Assembly: GCA_051872415.1 (NCBI GenBank)
Contig: JBJEDW010000042.1
Location: forward strand, 1-47,310
DNA: 47,310 nucleotides
Origin: Bacilli bacterium
Lineage (GTDB): Bacteria > Bacillota_I > Bacilli_A > RF39 > UBA660
Direction of reading: 5' to 3'
Numbering within the stretch: position 1 is the first letter of the stretch; the number at the start of each line of letters is the position of its first letter. The notes below the pieces were generated by a model. That model searched no databases, was not told the DNA's origin, and worked only from the letters and a program-made list of their open reading frames with translations. The position numbers and the translations under genes are program-made. Below, piece by piece: positions 26,215 through 37,100 of this stretch.

Positions 26215-28641
26215 TTATTTAGATATAATCCAAAAAGGACTATTTCCACTTGCTTCTTTTTTAATTAAATCAAAATCCCATAATTTATTGTAATTTTTTC
26301 CATCACCATCATTAGGATCATGAACAAACACTTGATCGTCATTAGAACCTGTTAAAGTTATATAATGTCCCTCTTCTGTAAATGTTCCTTTACCCATAAG
26401 TGCTATAACAATGGAATTACCTCCATTAAGTGCAGTAAATATTTCATCAGAATTAGATTTACTAACTTGTTTTACTTTTAAGCCATATTTTTTAGCTGCA
26501 GCCTTGAAGAAGTCACTGCTTGTACCACTATCACTACAATAGTTATTTGAACAAGCAAAATTTGTAAGTTCTACCGGATCATGCTCCTCATTTAAAAGAC
26601 TAGAAACTGCAATAGCCATAGCAGTAGGACCACAACCATGTGTTGCTATAGTTCCGTAACTTCCGTATGGTTCATTATAATCTGTTTGATCAAAATACCA
26701 TATTTTACCATCATAGCTTCCTTTTCCCAAAGTACATACGTTTGTAGAAGTATATTCATCATATTGATATAAATTGTACTGTTTCATAAGACTTATTAAT
26801 TTTTCATCATAATCAACATCTGTAGCATATCCAGCCTTTTTTACACATTTAGCCCATTCATCACCTGTTTTTTTATTAAAACAATCACTATATCTTGAAT
26901 TCTCTACAAAAAACTTTCCATGATCTTCTATACTCTCTTTATAATTACTATATTTTCTAAATTTTGCAGATACTACATAAGAGCTTCCACTAGAAGTTTC
27001 TTCTCTAGTATTAAATGTACAAGTAGCACATGAAGAACAAGAACCTTTTTTTATACCAAATAAGTTTTTACATTGATAAGCCAAATCAGATAAATACCCA
27101 GGAGACTTGCCACCACTTTCTAGAATTATTTGGGCAAGCGTTAGCGATGCCGGAACTTTATACTTAGTTTGAGTAGAAATCGCTCCATCCACAAATTCTT
27201 GAGTAATAATCGGCGGTAAACCTTCAACTGATTCCGATGAGGAAGAAGAACTCGAACTATCACAACATTCTGTACTTGATGAACCACTATCACTATCATA
27301 AGAAATATCATCTACTCCGCTTGTATCATTAACAGCATTTGCACTATCTCCAGCAAGCTCTCCATCCCATGAAGAACCACAATTCTTCTTAAATGCTGCT
27401 CTATCAGAAAAATAAGGAGTAGGATCATTAGGATTACGATTTGGTAAAGTTCTTATTTCAAAGTGCAGATGAACCCCAGTACTATGACCTGTAGTACCCA
27501 TGATACCAATTTGTTGTCCTTTTCCTACTTTATCACCAGCATTAACTTTTAAAGAACCTTTAACCATATGCATATAAACAGTTTCAATCACATCGCCATG
27601 ATTTATCTTAACATAATAACCCATTGATTTATTATATCCGGAAGAAGTAACTGTTCCTGCCTGCGCTGCATAAACGGGAATATTTTTACCCCCAGAAGCT
27701 AAATCAAGCCCAGCATGAATATGATCCACGCGGTCACTACCATATCGACCAGAAATATGATAATTTCCATTTGCCAATGGATCTTGCATTTTACACATAA
27801 ATTCTTTTACATTAGAAGAACCACTATAATCCTCTCCATTATAACTACTTCCAGTTTCATCTTCATTACACATAGCAGCCGTTACAGCAGCGGTAGTTCC
27901 TCCAAAAATAGCTAAAAATATCATTAATGCTATTAAGAAAAAAATAGGTAACAAAAACAAAACAGCAACTATTATTTTAACTGGTATTGGAGCGGCCATC
28001 CAAGCTAATTTTAAACCTTTTTTAGCTACTTGATTTAAATTTGGACCAGTAGCACCTTCACTTTTTGAGTCTTTCTTTCCAAATCCTAATTTTGACCCAA
28101 TCCCACCTTTGTTAAGTGGATTTAACTTTGAACCAAAACCTTTGTTTTTATCTTTATTTTGTTCTTTGTTTTGATTATTTTGATTATTTTGATTATTTTG
28201 ATTTGGTTTATTTGTATTTTTATTATTACCATTTTTATTTTTATCTATTCCACCAGGTAAAGGATTTTTTTTCTTATTACTATCTTTTTGCCCTTGTGCA
28301 GGATTTTTTTTATTATTTTGAGGTTTATTCTTATCTGCTTTTTTTTGACCATTCATTGGATTAGCTTTTGGACCTTTTACCCCTAAAGCAGGATTATTGC
28401 CATTAGAACTAAGCCCAGTTTTTGCACCTTCTATAAAGCCTTTTCCAAGACCAGCTATAGAACTTCCCCTATTTGAATTAGGAAACTGAACAGAACCCCC
28501 ATTATTTATAGAGTCTACTCCATTTTCATTAAAACTATTATCAACGTAATAATTTTCATTATTACTATTATTACTTTCATTAATACTATTATCAACATAA
28601 TAATTTTCATTATTATTCTCATTATTCATATGCAACACCAC
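26215..28641 (-). CDS. membrane-anchored trifunctional peptidoglycan hydrolase: M23 peptidase + N-acetylglucosaminidase (GH73-like) + C39-like/papain-like peptidase
   Basis: An N/Q/K-rich low-complexity N-terminus is followed by a TM segment. The M23 domain has HAGLDL and GHSTGVHLHFEI. The glucosaminidase domain has LAQIILESGGKSP...NLFGIK. The C-terminal domain has GCGPTAMAIAV...GHYITLTG. An alternative ATG start is at 28629. Confidence 0.75.
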   Translation of the reverse strand: MVLHMNNENNNENYYVDNSINESNNSNNENYYVDNSFNENGVDSINNGGSVQFPNSNRGSSIAGLGKGFIEGAKTGLSSNGNNPALGVKGPKANPMNGQKKADKNKPQNNKKNPAQGQKDSNKKKNPLPGGIDKNKNGNNKNTNKPNQNNQNNQNNQNKEQNKDKNKGFGSKLNPLNKGGIGSKLGFGKKDSKSEGATGPNLNQVAKKGLKLAWMAAPIPVKIIVAVLFLLPIFFLIALMIFLAIFGGTTAAVTAAMCNEDETGSSYNGEDYSGSSNVKEFMCKMQDPLANGNYHISGRYGSDRVDHIHAGLDLASGGKNIPVYAAQAGTVTSSGYNKSMGYYVKINHGDVIETVYMHMVKGSLKVNAGDKVGKGQQIGIMGTTGHSTGVHLHFEIRTLPNRNPNDPTPYFSDRAAFKKNCGSSWDGELAGDSANAVNDTSGVDDISYDSDSGSSSTECCDSSSSSSSSESVEGLPPIITQEFVDGAISTQTKYKVPASLTLAQIILESGGKSPGYLSDLAYQCKNLFGIKKGSCSSCATCTFNTREETSSGSSYVVSAKFRKYSNYKESIEDHGKFFVENSRYSDCFNKKTGDEWAKCVKKAGYATDVDYDEKLISLMKQYNLYQYDEYTSTNVCTLGKGSYDGKIWYFDQTDYNEPYGSYGTIATHGCGPTAMAIAVSSLLNEEHDPVELTNFACSNNYCSDSGTSSDFFKAAAKKYGLKVKQVSKSNSDEIFTALNGGNSIVIALMGKGTFTEEGHYITLTGSNDDQVFVHDPNDGDGKNYNKLWDFDLIKKEASGNSPFWIISK

Positions 28642-28709
28642 ACTTCATAAGTATCATATACAATAAATATATCATAAAATAAAGCAAAAAAAAAGAGCCA
28701 TCTCTTTTT

Positions 28710-30554
28710 TTATTTTATTATTATCTTTGTTCCTACTGGAACATATTTATAAATATACTTAGCTTTACTATATGGAAGATTAATACAACCATGTGAACCA
28801 TTGTATTTGTATATTGTTCCTCCAAAACGGCTTCTCCATGTTGCATCATGAAGTCCTATTTGAGATCTTCGATTAATAAGCATCCAATAATTAACATAAC
28901 TTCTATAATCAGGTCCTACTAGATAGACACTTCTTGCTTTTCCAAGTATTTTATATGTGCCCTTTGGTGTATCATGTTTCCCTTTTTGACCTGTTACAAC
29001 CTTTGAAGTTAGTTTTAACTTTCCATTTTTATAATACCATAATTTTTGACTTTTAACAGATATTACTATATAAGTTTTATTAGGTTTTTTAACAAACTTA
29101 GCAGTATATGTAAAAGACTGAGTGTTATATACTGTTATACTAGAAGAACTTCTTATCTTTTTACTCCCAGAATACCATCCTTTAAATACATAACCATTTT
29201 TTGCTACCGCTTTCATTTGATGATTATTCTTTCCACTTGATGTTTTCTCATAACGCACAGATACTGTTCCCCCTGTAGTTGATTTTATTATAGCAGTCCT
29301 TTTCGCTGATCCAAAATTATACTTTGCATAAGTTATAGGATTCCCTTGAGCAGACAATAATGTAAGATTAGTACTTCCTGTTATTGTTATATTACTCATT
29401 TTATTATATGCTACTAAAACAGTATTTATTGATGAACAATTACTTAAATTCAAACTTGTTATTTTGTTATCATAAACAGATAATTTTTGTAAAGATGAAA
29501 AACCACTTAAATCAAGTGAGCCAGATAAATTCTTTTTAGGTGCCCAATATATTTTAGTAAAATTACCAAATCCATCCCCAGTTGATTCTGTATTATTCGC
29601 AAACCAAGTTGAAGGATTTGATTTATTATAAGATGAATTTATTCTCTTACCATTACTTTTTTTATCATAAACCTTATTTAAAAAATTTGTGACTTTAGTT
29701 CTTTCATAACTATTTGTTATATAGTTTATACTTGTTGATCCTGGATAATATTTTAACATAACATGCGATATTGATAAAACATTTAAATCAGGATTATAGT
29801 ATTGATGTTTATAAACTTCATCTAAATCTTGAAAATTATTAACATATTCATCTGTATTTTCTAAATATTCTTGATAACAATCTGCAACCGGATCTATTAC
29901 AATCCACTTTCCATCCACAAAAACCTGAACAAAAATATGATTTATAGTTGAATTTGTTACATTAGAACCCCAATTGATATAACCTGTTCTAGCTTCTTTA
30001 TAATAATATCCTCCGACTGTTCTTGCAGGTATTCCTTGAGATCTAGCAAATGCTACCAACATAGAGGCAAAACCATTACTTCTAGCTCTTATTTTTCCAT
30101 TTACATCATATTCATATGTCAATAAATAATAAGGATTATCATAGTTTTTTCCAGATGAACCTAATGAATAAATTTTATTTGGATATTGGTAATAATAAAA
30201 GTTTTCAATTATCCAATCATGGAACTTTAATAGTTTTTCACTCGAAGTCATATTTGCTTTATTATTTCCAAGAATTGTTGTATCTACAAAATTTTGTAAT
30301 TTTTTCTGCTGAGCAGTAGTCATTCCTTTGTAATTAGTTTCTGCTAAATCTTTTAGATATTTATCACTATATCTTTCTCTTGAAAGTGAAGATAAGTTAT
30401 TTGAAGAATTAAGCATCTTTTTATTTTGTTCTAATCTTAAATTTAATGTTCCATAATCATTGCTAGCAGAAACTGAACTAATCACAAAAAAACTCATTAT
30501 AAAAAGAAGAGCTATAAAAATATATCTAAAACTTTTTTTAAACATATTATACAC
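28710..30554 (-). CDS. secreted multidomain protein: transglutaminase-like core + leucine-rich repeats + Listeria-Bacteroides-type repeat + YkuD L,D-transpeptidase
   Basis: A signal peptide, then GFASMLVAFARSQGIPARTVGGYY...HIFVQVFVDGKWIVIDP (transglutaminase-core pattern). LRR-like LQKLSVYDNKITSLNLSNCSSINTV..., then GYVFKGWYSG, then the YkuD motifs HDTPKG...GLHDATWR...SHGCINL. Confidence 0.7.
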   Translation of the reverse strand: MYNMFKKSFRYIFIALLFIMSFFVISSVSASNDYGTLNLRLEQNKKMLNSSNNLSSLSRERYSDKYLKDLAETNYKGMTTAQQKKLQNFVDTTILGNNKANMTSSEKLLKFHDWIIENFYYYQYPNKIYSLGSSGKNYDNPYYLLTYEYDVNGKIRARSNGFASMLVAFARSQGIPARTVGGYYYKEARTGYINWGSNVTNSTINHIFVQVFVDGKWIVIDPVADCYQEYLENTDEYVNNFQDLDEVYKHQYYNPDLNVLSISHVMLKYYPGSTSINYITNSYERTKVTNFLNKVYDKKSNGKRINSSYNKSNPSTWFANNTESTGDGFGNFTKIYWAPKKNLSGSLDLSGFSSLQKLSVYDNKITSLNLSNCSSINTVLVAYNKMSNITITGSTNLTLLSAQGNPITYAKYNFGSAKRTAIIKSTTGGTVSVRYEKTSSGKNNHQMKAVAKNGYVFKGWYSGSKKIRSSSSITVYNTQSFTYTAKFVKKPNKTYIVISVKSQKLWYYKNGKLKLTSKVVTGQKGKHDTPKGTYKILGKARSVYLVGPDYRSYVNYWMLINRRSQIGLHDATWRSRFGGTIYKYNGSHGCINLPYSKAKYIYKYVPVGTKIIIK

Positions 30555-30662
30555 TCTCCTTTATTATCATGTTTCTACATTAATAATATATTAAATTATT
30601 CATTTTTGTCAATAATTTGTTTCTATTATGTAAATAGCAATGTCAAGTATTAGAAAGATATA

Positions 30663-30950
30663 TTATTTTTTTAGTATTTTCTTTTTACTTTTGGAGTTTT
30701 TTTCGTTTATTATATCTATTTGACATGCTATTAAACCTATTAAAATTCCAGAGGTTACTCCAGATGCTAATAAACTTTTTATAATTATATCAAAATCTTG
30801 ATTATCTTCTAATAAACTATAGCACGCTAAAATTATAAATGAAATATCAAGTGTTCCAATTGTAGTTATTGATGTTTTTAATTTTCTTGGTGTTTGTTTA
30901 TAATATGTAATAAGTAGTTCTTTTAATTTTTTTAGCTCTTCTTTATTCAT
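30663..30950 (-). CDS. small membrane protein, hypothetical
   Basis: 95-aa ORF with two hydrophobic segments and a basic tail. Confidence 0.4.
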   Translation of the reverse strand: MNKEELKKLKELLITYYKQTPRKLKTSITTIGTLDISFIILACYSLLEDNQDFDIIIKSLLASGVTSGILIGLIACQIDIINEKNSKSKKKILKK

Positions 30951-31018
30951 ACACTTTGCTCACTCCAAAATAATTATATGAAAAAAGAACAGAAATATTT
31001 TCTTATAGCTTATTATTT

Positions 31019-32389
31019 TTAAAATTCACAGTTACCCGGAGTTCTTGGAAAAGGAATAACATCTCTTATGTTTTCTACTCCAGTTAAATAGATTAATAAC
31101 CTTTCAAATCCCATACCGAAACCTGAATGTATACATGTTCCATACTTTCTTAAGTTTACATACCATTCTAAGCCTTCCTTTGGTACATTCATTTCTTTCA
31201 TTCTTTGGATTAATTTATCATAATTTTCTTCCCTTTGAGAGCCGCCCATTAACTCTCCTGCTCCTGGAACTTCTAAATCCACTGCTGCAACTGTTTTCTT
31301 ATCTTCATTTTCTTTCATGTAAAATGCTTTAATATCTTTAGGCCAATTTGTTATAAATACTGGACCATCAAAATATTCTGTTATATATTTTTCATGTTCT
31401 TTCGCTATATCTTCTCCATATTCTGGAGTAAATTCAAATTTTTGTTTAGCATTTTTCAAGATTGTTATTACTTCTTCATGAGTTACTCTTGTAAATTTAC
31501 TATTTACTAACTTTGTTAGTTTTTCTATAAGTCCCTTCTCTACAAATTTATCTAAAAATTCCATTTCATCTTTAGCATTTTCCAGTACATAACTTACTAT
31601 ATATTTTAACATATCTTCTTCAATATCCATTAAACCTTCAAGATCACAGAATGCTATTTCTGGTTCTATCATCCAGAACTCACTAGCATGAGTTTTGGTA
31701 TTAGAGTTTTCTGCTCTAAAAGTTGGTCCAAAAGTATAAGTCTTTTTAAATGATGTTGCAAATGTCTCTGCTTCTAATTGTCCTGTTACTGTAAGCCCTA
31801 CTTTTTTTCCATAAAAATCTTTGGTATAATCTATATCTTTTCCATTTAATTTAGATAAATCCAATGTTGTTATTTGGAACATTTCTCCTGCTCCTTCTCC
31901 ATCATTTGCTGTTATTAATGGAGTATTCACATAAACATAACCTCTATCTCCAAAATATTTATGTATTGCCAAAGCAGATATACTTCTTACTCTAAATACT
32001 GCTTGGAAAAGGTTAGTTCTTGGTCTTAAATAAGCTTGTTCTCTTAAAAATTCCATTGTATGTCTTTTTGGTTGCATAGGATAATCTTCTGGACAATCTC
32101 CTAAAAGTTTAATTTTTGAAACCTTTATTTCATAAGCTTGCCCTTTTCCTTCTGATAAAGTTACTTTTCCTGTTACTTCAATTGCACTACCTATATGATA
32201 TTTTTGAATATCATCAAAATCTTTTAGTTTATTATCATAGACAAGTTGAATGTGTTTGAAACATGTTCCATCCGAAAAATCTATAAAACCAAATTCTTTT
32301 TGTTTTCTATGATTTCTAATCCAACCACTTAATACTACTTCTTTATCTTTATACTCTTCTATTTTTTCTATTAACTCTTTTAAATCCAT
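31019..32389 (-). CDS. asnS: asparagine--tRNA ligase
   Basis: 456 aa. It has an N-terminal OB fold, class IIb motifs (FRAE, GAGELMGGSQRE, GFGMGFERL) and the C-terminus FPRTPGNCEF typical of AsnRS. Confidence 0.93.
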   Translation of the reverse strand: MDLKELIEKIEEYKDKEVVLSGWIRNHRKQKEFGFIDFSDGTCFKHIQLVYDNKLKDFDDIQKYHIGSAIEVTGKVTLSEGKGQAYEIKVSKIKLLGDCPEDYPMQPKRHTMEFLREQAYLRPRTNLFQAVFRVRSISALAIHKYFGDRGYVYVNTPLITANDGEGAGEMFQITTLDLSKLNGKDIDYTKDFYGKKVGLTVTGQLEAETFATSFKKTYTFGPTFRAENSNTKTHASEFWMIEPEIAFCDLEGLMDIEEDMLKYIVSYVLENAKDEMEFLDKFVEKGLIEKLTKLVNSKFTRVTHEEVITILKNAKQKFEFTPEYGEDIAKEHEKYITEYFDGPVFITNWPKDIKAFYMKENEDKKTVAAVDLEVPGAGELMGGSQREENYDKLIQRMKEMNVPKEGLEWYVNLRKYGTCIHSGFGMGFERLLIYLTGVENIRDVIPFPRTPGNCEF

Positions 32390-32404
32390 TTTATCTCCTC
32401 CTTT

Positions 32405-32628
32405 TAATAAAAAAACATGATAAACAAAAGGGACGAATTAATCGCGGTACCACTCTTTTTTATCATGATTGATATCTCTTTTTGATAACGGTTTTTACCG
32501 GTCTTTCCTACTTATTTTTTCAGAAAAACTCTCAGTGGTGTTATTCATATAGATCTTATTACCCTTTTCCACCTTTTAGGGCTCTCTTTGAATAGTTTTC
32601 TATATTACTTGTCCACTTCATCGAATTA
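32405..32628 (-). promoter_or_regulatory. T-box riboswitch leader of asnS (candidate AAC specifier)
   Basis: On the minus strand AGAGUGGUACCGCG (32441..32454 region) matches the T-box core. An upstream AGAGA element is present. GAAUAACA has AAC at 32540..32542. A terminator helix GAUAAAAAAGAG.GG/CC.UUUUGUUUAUC is followed by a U-run just before the asnS RBS. Confidence 0.75.
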
Positions 32629-32634
32629 GTTATT

Positions 32635-32663
32635 ATTTTATATATTTTTTTCACATATGTCAA
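32635..32663 (-). promoter_or_regulatory. sigma-A promoter for the asnS leader (TTGACA-17-TAAAAT)
   Basis: A perfect -35 TTGACA (32663..32658) and the -10 TAAAAT (32640..32635), with a 17-nt spacer. The -35 overlaps the stop codon of the upstream gene. Confidence 0.6.
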
Positions 32664-33832
32664 GTATACATTATTATTACTACTACTATACCTACTAAAG
32701 CTATTCCTATAAGAATCATTTCTCTAAGAGATAGAGGAAACTTCTTTTTAGGAGGTTCATATCCTTGATTCATTTGATTCATAGAATTACTTGATTCTGT
32801 TTGTCCTACTTGTGATATTCCAGACCCAATATTAGTAGGTTTTATTCCACTTGTATTACTATTTAAATCTTTAGTATTTCCAATTCCAGTATTATTATTT
32901 TGATTATTATTTTGATTGTTATTTATTATTTGGCTGTTCGGAATATTTTTAGACTTTGGCTGAGAATTTATATTTTGATTAGGTTTTCCCATATTTGATT
33001 GATTCTGAGGTGTTTCTATTTTATTTAAATTATTCATAGTATTAGGTTGATTAACTGGTTTAGCAGATTGTGCATTGTTAAAGTTTGATTGATTCAAATT
33101 ATTTTGTGATTGTTTATTTTCAAAAGATCTATTTTGATTATCTAAATTAGGTTGATTCATATTTTGTCCTATTTGATTGTTGTTTAAGCTATTTCCTACA
33201 ATATTTTGATTTTGTACAGGTGTATTGTTTACTGGATTTTGCAAGTTATTTGATTGATTAAATGAACTATTTAAATTAGGTTGACCTTGTGATGGTGTTT
33301 GGTTAGGCATATTAGGAATTTTTAATTCATTGTTTATTGATTGCGCAACATTGGGTTGACTCATTGGATTTGGTGCATTATTAAAATTTGGAACATTTAC
33401 TTGTGATCCTGCAGGAGTTTGATTAGCAGAATTATTAAAGCCCGGAATATTAACTACCCCTGGAGTTTCTTTTGGTTCTGCTTGCATTGTATAATTATTT
33501 ATTCCTGAATGTCCTTGACCTGGTATTATGTTCTCAGAAGTAGGATTTGGATTTTGAATATTACTTCCTTGCATTATTCCTGGTTCTTTTGTAACATTAC
33601 CTACTCCTTGCATTACTCCTTGCGTATTATTAACACTAGGAGCCCCTTGCATTAAATTTGGTCCATTTCCTACACTACTTTGTCCTCCGATTAACTGTTC
33701 ATTAGCCTTTTGCGCTTGAGGACTTACAAAATTATTATTTTGTTCCATATTATTTGGATTATTGTTAGGATTATTTGCTCCAAAACCATTATTCATTCCA
33801 TTGTTAAAGTTATTTGGTATATTATTATTCAT
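32660..33832 (-). CDS. N/Q/P-rich low-complexity protein with a single C-terminal TM anchor (tail-anchored)
   Basis: About 360 residues dominated by N, Q, P and G, with no signal peptide. It ends ...LSLREMILIGIALVGIVVVIIMYT. Confidence 0.6.
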   Translation of the reverse strand: MNNNIPNNFNNGMNNGFGANNPNNNPNNMEQNNNFVSPQAQKANEQLIGGQSSVGNGPNLMQGAPSVNNTQGVMQGVGNVTKEPGIMQGSNIQNPNPTSENIIPGQGHSGINNYTMQAEPKETPGVVNIPGFNNSANQTPAGSQVNVPNFNNAPNPMSQPNVAQSINNELKIPNMPNQTPSQGQPNLNSSFNQSNNLQNPVNNTPVQNQNIVGNSLNNNQIGQNMNQPNLDNQNRSFENKQSQNNLNQSNFNNAQSAKPVNQPNTMNNLNKIETPQNQSNMGKPNQNINSQPKSKNIPNSQIINNNQNNNQNNNTGIGNTKDLNSNTSGIKPTNIGSGISQVGQTESSNSMNQMNQGYEPPKKKFPLSLREMILIGIALVGIVVVIIMYT

Positions 33833-34127
33833 TTCATCTACCTTCTCTCTATTCCTATTATATTTATATTATATATAAAACTTAAAGTTTTTACAATCTT
33901 CTTTTTGTTCTTTTTACACTTTTTTAGAATTTATTTACTACTTTTTTTAGTTTTACAAGAAAAAAATGTAAATTACTAATTTTATAATGAAAAAATTAAT
34001 TATATTATATTTGTAGTGAATAATTTTTAAAATATAGTACCATAAACAAATAAATTTTTATATTAATTTCTTCTTTCCAGTATAATTTAACAAAAAAAGT
34101 TAATAAATTTTAAGATTATTATTTAAA

Positions 34128-34154
34128 TAAGAACACCTTAAGCAGATGTTCTTA
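34128..34154 (-). terminator. hairpin just downstream of essC
   Basis: An 8-bp stem TAAGAACA/TGTTCTTA with an 11-nt loop and only a weak U-tract (UUUAAAU). Confidence 0.3.
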
Positions 34155-34158
34155 TTTA

Positions 34159-37100
34159 TTATTCTTCATCAATGTCAAATACTGAAATAAATTTAGTAAG
34201 TTCAAGTTTTCCTTTTTTAACAACAAATCCAAATTCATCACCAATATCTTCTCTAACATCTTTAGTTCTTTCTGTAATTTTCAAAGTAAATTGTTCATTT
34301 ATACCATTACCAACCCAAATACCATATTTAGTATTTGCATTACTCTTAAACCATGTATCAAGTTCATATTTTTTAACACTATCAACACTATCTAAGAAAA
34401 TAAAGGTTATAAAATCTAAATATTTAATCTTTTCAAATACAGAACTGAACTCTTTAATATTTTCAGGATTAAGTCTACTCCTAAAAGTATCCACGCCATT
34501 GATAACAATTGTTAGATTTTTCATATTATCAAATACAGCTTTGTTATATCCATTATTAACAAATAAATTATAATTATCAATTACACAAGTTTTTATTTTT
34601 TCAAAAATTTCATCAAAATTATTATTATAATAGTCAATATATTTAATACAATTTTGATCAAAATCATAATCATCAGCATTAATGAAAATAACTGAGTCTT
34701 TCAAATACAAAAGTTCTAATATTATAGGTCTAATTAAACTAAAGAAAGATGTACTATCACTGCTTGTGATAAGATTAATTCTATTTCTTCTATAATCATA
34801 TTTAACTGGATATAAGGTATGTTTATTGATTCCCATAATTAATTCATTTGTTTGTCCAAAATCCTCTTTAATATCTTCAAAAGATACAATATTAGGAAGA
34901 ACAGGAACACTTCTGGCAAAAGCTGTAGCAACTGAACTTAATTCAGTACATTTTTTCTTTATTACTTCACCAATAACATTTTTAGGGGCAACTGAAGCTG
35001 TTTGAAATTCATAAGTTTCTTCAGTTTTGAATATACCTCTACCAAACATTTTAGAAGGATAAACACTAGATACATTACCTAAAATAGTAATATAATCATC
35101 TTCACTACTTTGACCCAATACAAATTGTTTACTAAAGTTTTGTTTTAACTTAAACCTTACACCATTTGGAGTAGTAACAGTAAGAATAAAGTATATTCCA
35201 TATTTAGAACATTCACGAGACAGTACAATTAACTTATCTTCTAATTCAGAATAGGTATCACAGAAAGATTCATAATTATTAATAATAACAATTACCGCAG
35301 GGATGACATCATTACTATTTCTTAAATATGTAAGGTAATCACCATTATAATCTGCAAATAAATCTTTTCTTTCTTCTATTAAAGTTGCAATATTTTTAAA
35401 TAAATTTTCAATTTTTTCTTCATCATCACTAATTAAAATATCTCCAACAATAGGACTATTTTTAAAGACTTTTAGTGTTTCAGAACCAAAATCTATAATA
35501 TAATAATTAACTTCAAAAGCAGTATGATAAAGCATAGATGAGTATATAATAGTAGAGATTAAATTTTCTTTACCACTACCAGTCATACCATATATAAGGG
35601 TATTACCAACTTCTGTAATTGGTAAAGTAAGTAAATTTTGTTGTTGCATACTAGGAACATCATATTCTCCAACTATAGGATTAATAATAAATGGTTGTTT
35701 TTGGTAACCATATTTAGTAATCAAATTATCAATTAGAATTTCACCAGGTAATTTTGGTAACCATAACGGGTTGCAATAAATATTTTCAGCATTAGCAGTA
35801 TCAAACAAATACTTAACTAAATTTGTTAATTCTTCTCCCTGAACATTAGGATTATTAGAATCATTTTTCTTTTTATTATCAATAACTTTAACAGAATAAC
35901 CTATATTATTGATAAAATTAATAGAACTATCTAACTCTTTTCTGATTTTATCTGAAGGAATGTATTTTCCACCAGCCCAAGCAGCTTGTCCTAATTCAAA
36001 TATTTCATTAAATCCTACTTGAAAATAAAATCTACCTGTTTTTTTGAGTAATGCTGCATCTGGACATTTAATAACTTCAGCACTATCACTTTTTTCTTGA
36101 ACTCTTAAACATACTCTAAATCTAGTATTACTCCAAATTTGAGGATCTACAACCCCACTAGGCTTTTGAGTTGCAAGAATTAAATGAACTCCTAAACTAC
36201 GTCCTATACGAGCAATAGAAATTAGTTGATCCATAAATTCTGATTGCTGATTTTTAAGTTCAGCAAATTCATCACAAATTATAAATAAATGAGAAACAGG
36301 TTCTTTAATAATACCATCTCTATACATTCTTTGATATTTATAAATATCAATAGTACTTTCTCCAGATTCTTCACGTGCTATATTAAAAGCTCTTTGTCTT
36401 CTTTTCAGTTCACTTTCAATAGAAGCAAGAGATCTTTTAATTTCATTAGTATCCAAGTTAGTAATTGTTCCAATTAAATGAGGAAGTTTAACTCTTGTAG
36501 TCATATTTTCAAAAGCTCCCGCAAGGCCTCCACCTTTATAATCTATTAAAATAAATTGGACTTCATAAGGATGATAATTAATAGCCATGGATAAAACATA
36601 TGTAATAATAAATTCGGATTTACCAGATCCAGTCATACCTGCAATTAATCCATGAGGTCCATGATACTTTTCATGAAGATCAAGTGAAATCTTTTCTCCA
36701 CCTTCACCATAACCAACCGGAGCATTTAATGATAACTCTGGATTATTCTTTTTCCACCGATTAAGAACATTTAATTGTTCAATTTTTCCAACTCCATACA
36801 TTTGCAAAAATCCTACTTTATCAGGTAATTGTTCCATCTTATTTGTACTAATTTCAATAGGTATATTAGCAAGTATTTTCATACATTCATAATAATCGTA
36901 ATCATTATTATCAAAAACAAAATCAATATTATCCTTATCATTTGAACTTTTAAATAGAACTCCCTTATTCCCATCAATATTAATAAAAGTTTGACATTCA
37001 CTAGGAAGAGTAGAAACTTTATCATTTAAAACAATAAAACTAAATCCTTTAGAATCATTTGATTTTAACACTTTTTTTATAAATTCAAAATTTCTTATAG

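Noticed and set aside
28686-28711. AAAAAAGAG-CCAT-CTCTTTTTT hairpin between the 614-aa and 808-aa genes, considered as a terminator.
   Set aside because: The stem is almost entirely A-U pairs, with only two G-C pairs, and it overlaps the stop codon. It is too weak to call.
32660-33832. Calling the N/Q-rich protein downstream of essC EssB or EsaA.
   Set aside because: It has no pseudokinase-like N-domain and no multi-TM or large folded ectodomain. It shares only the genomic position.
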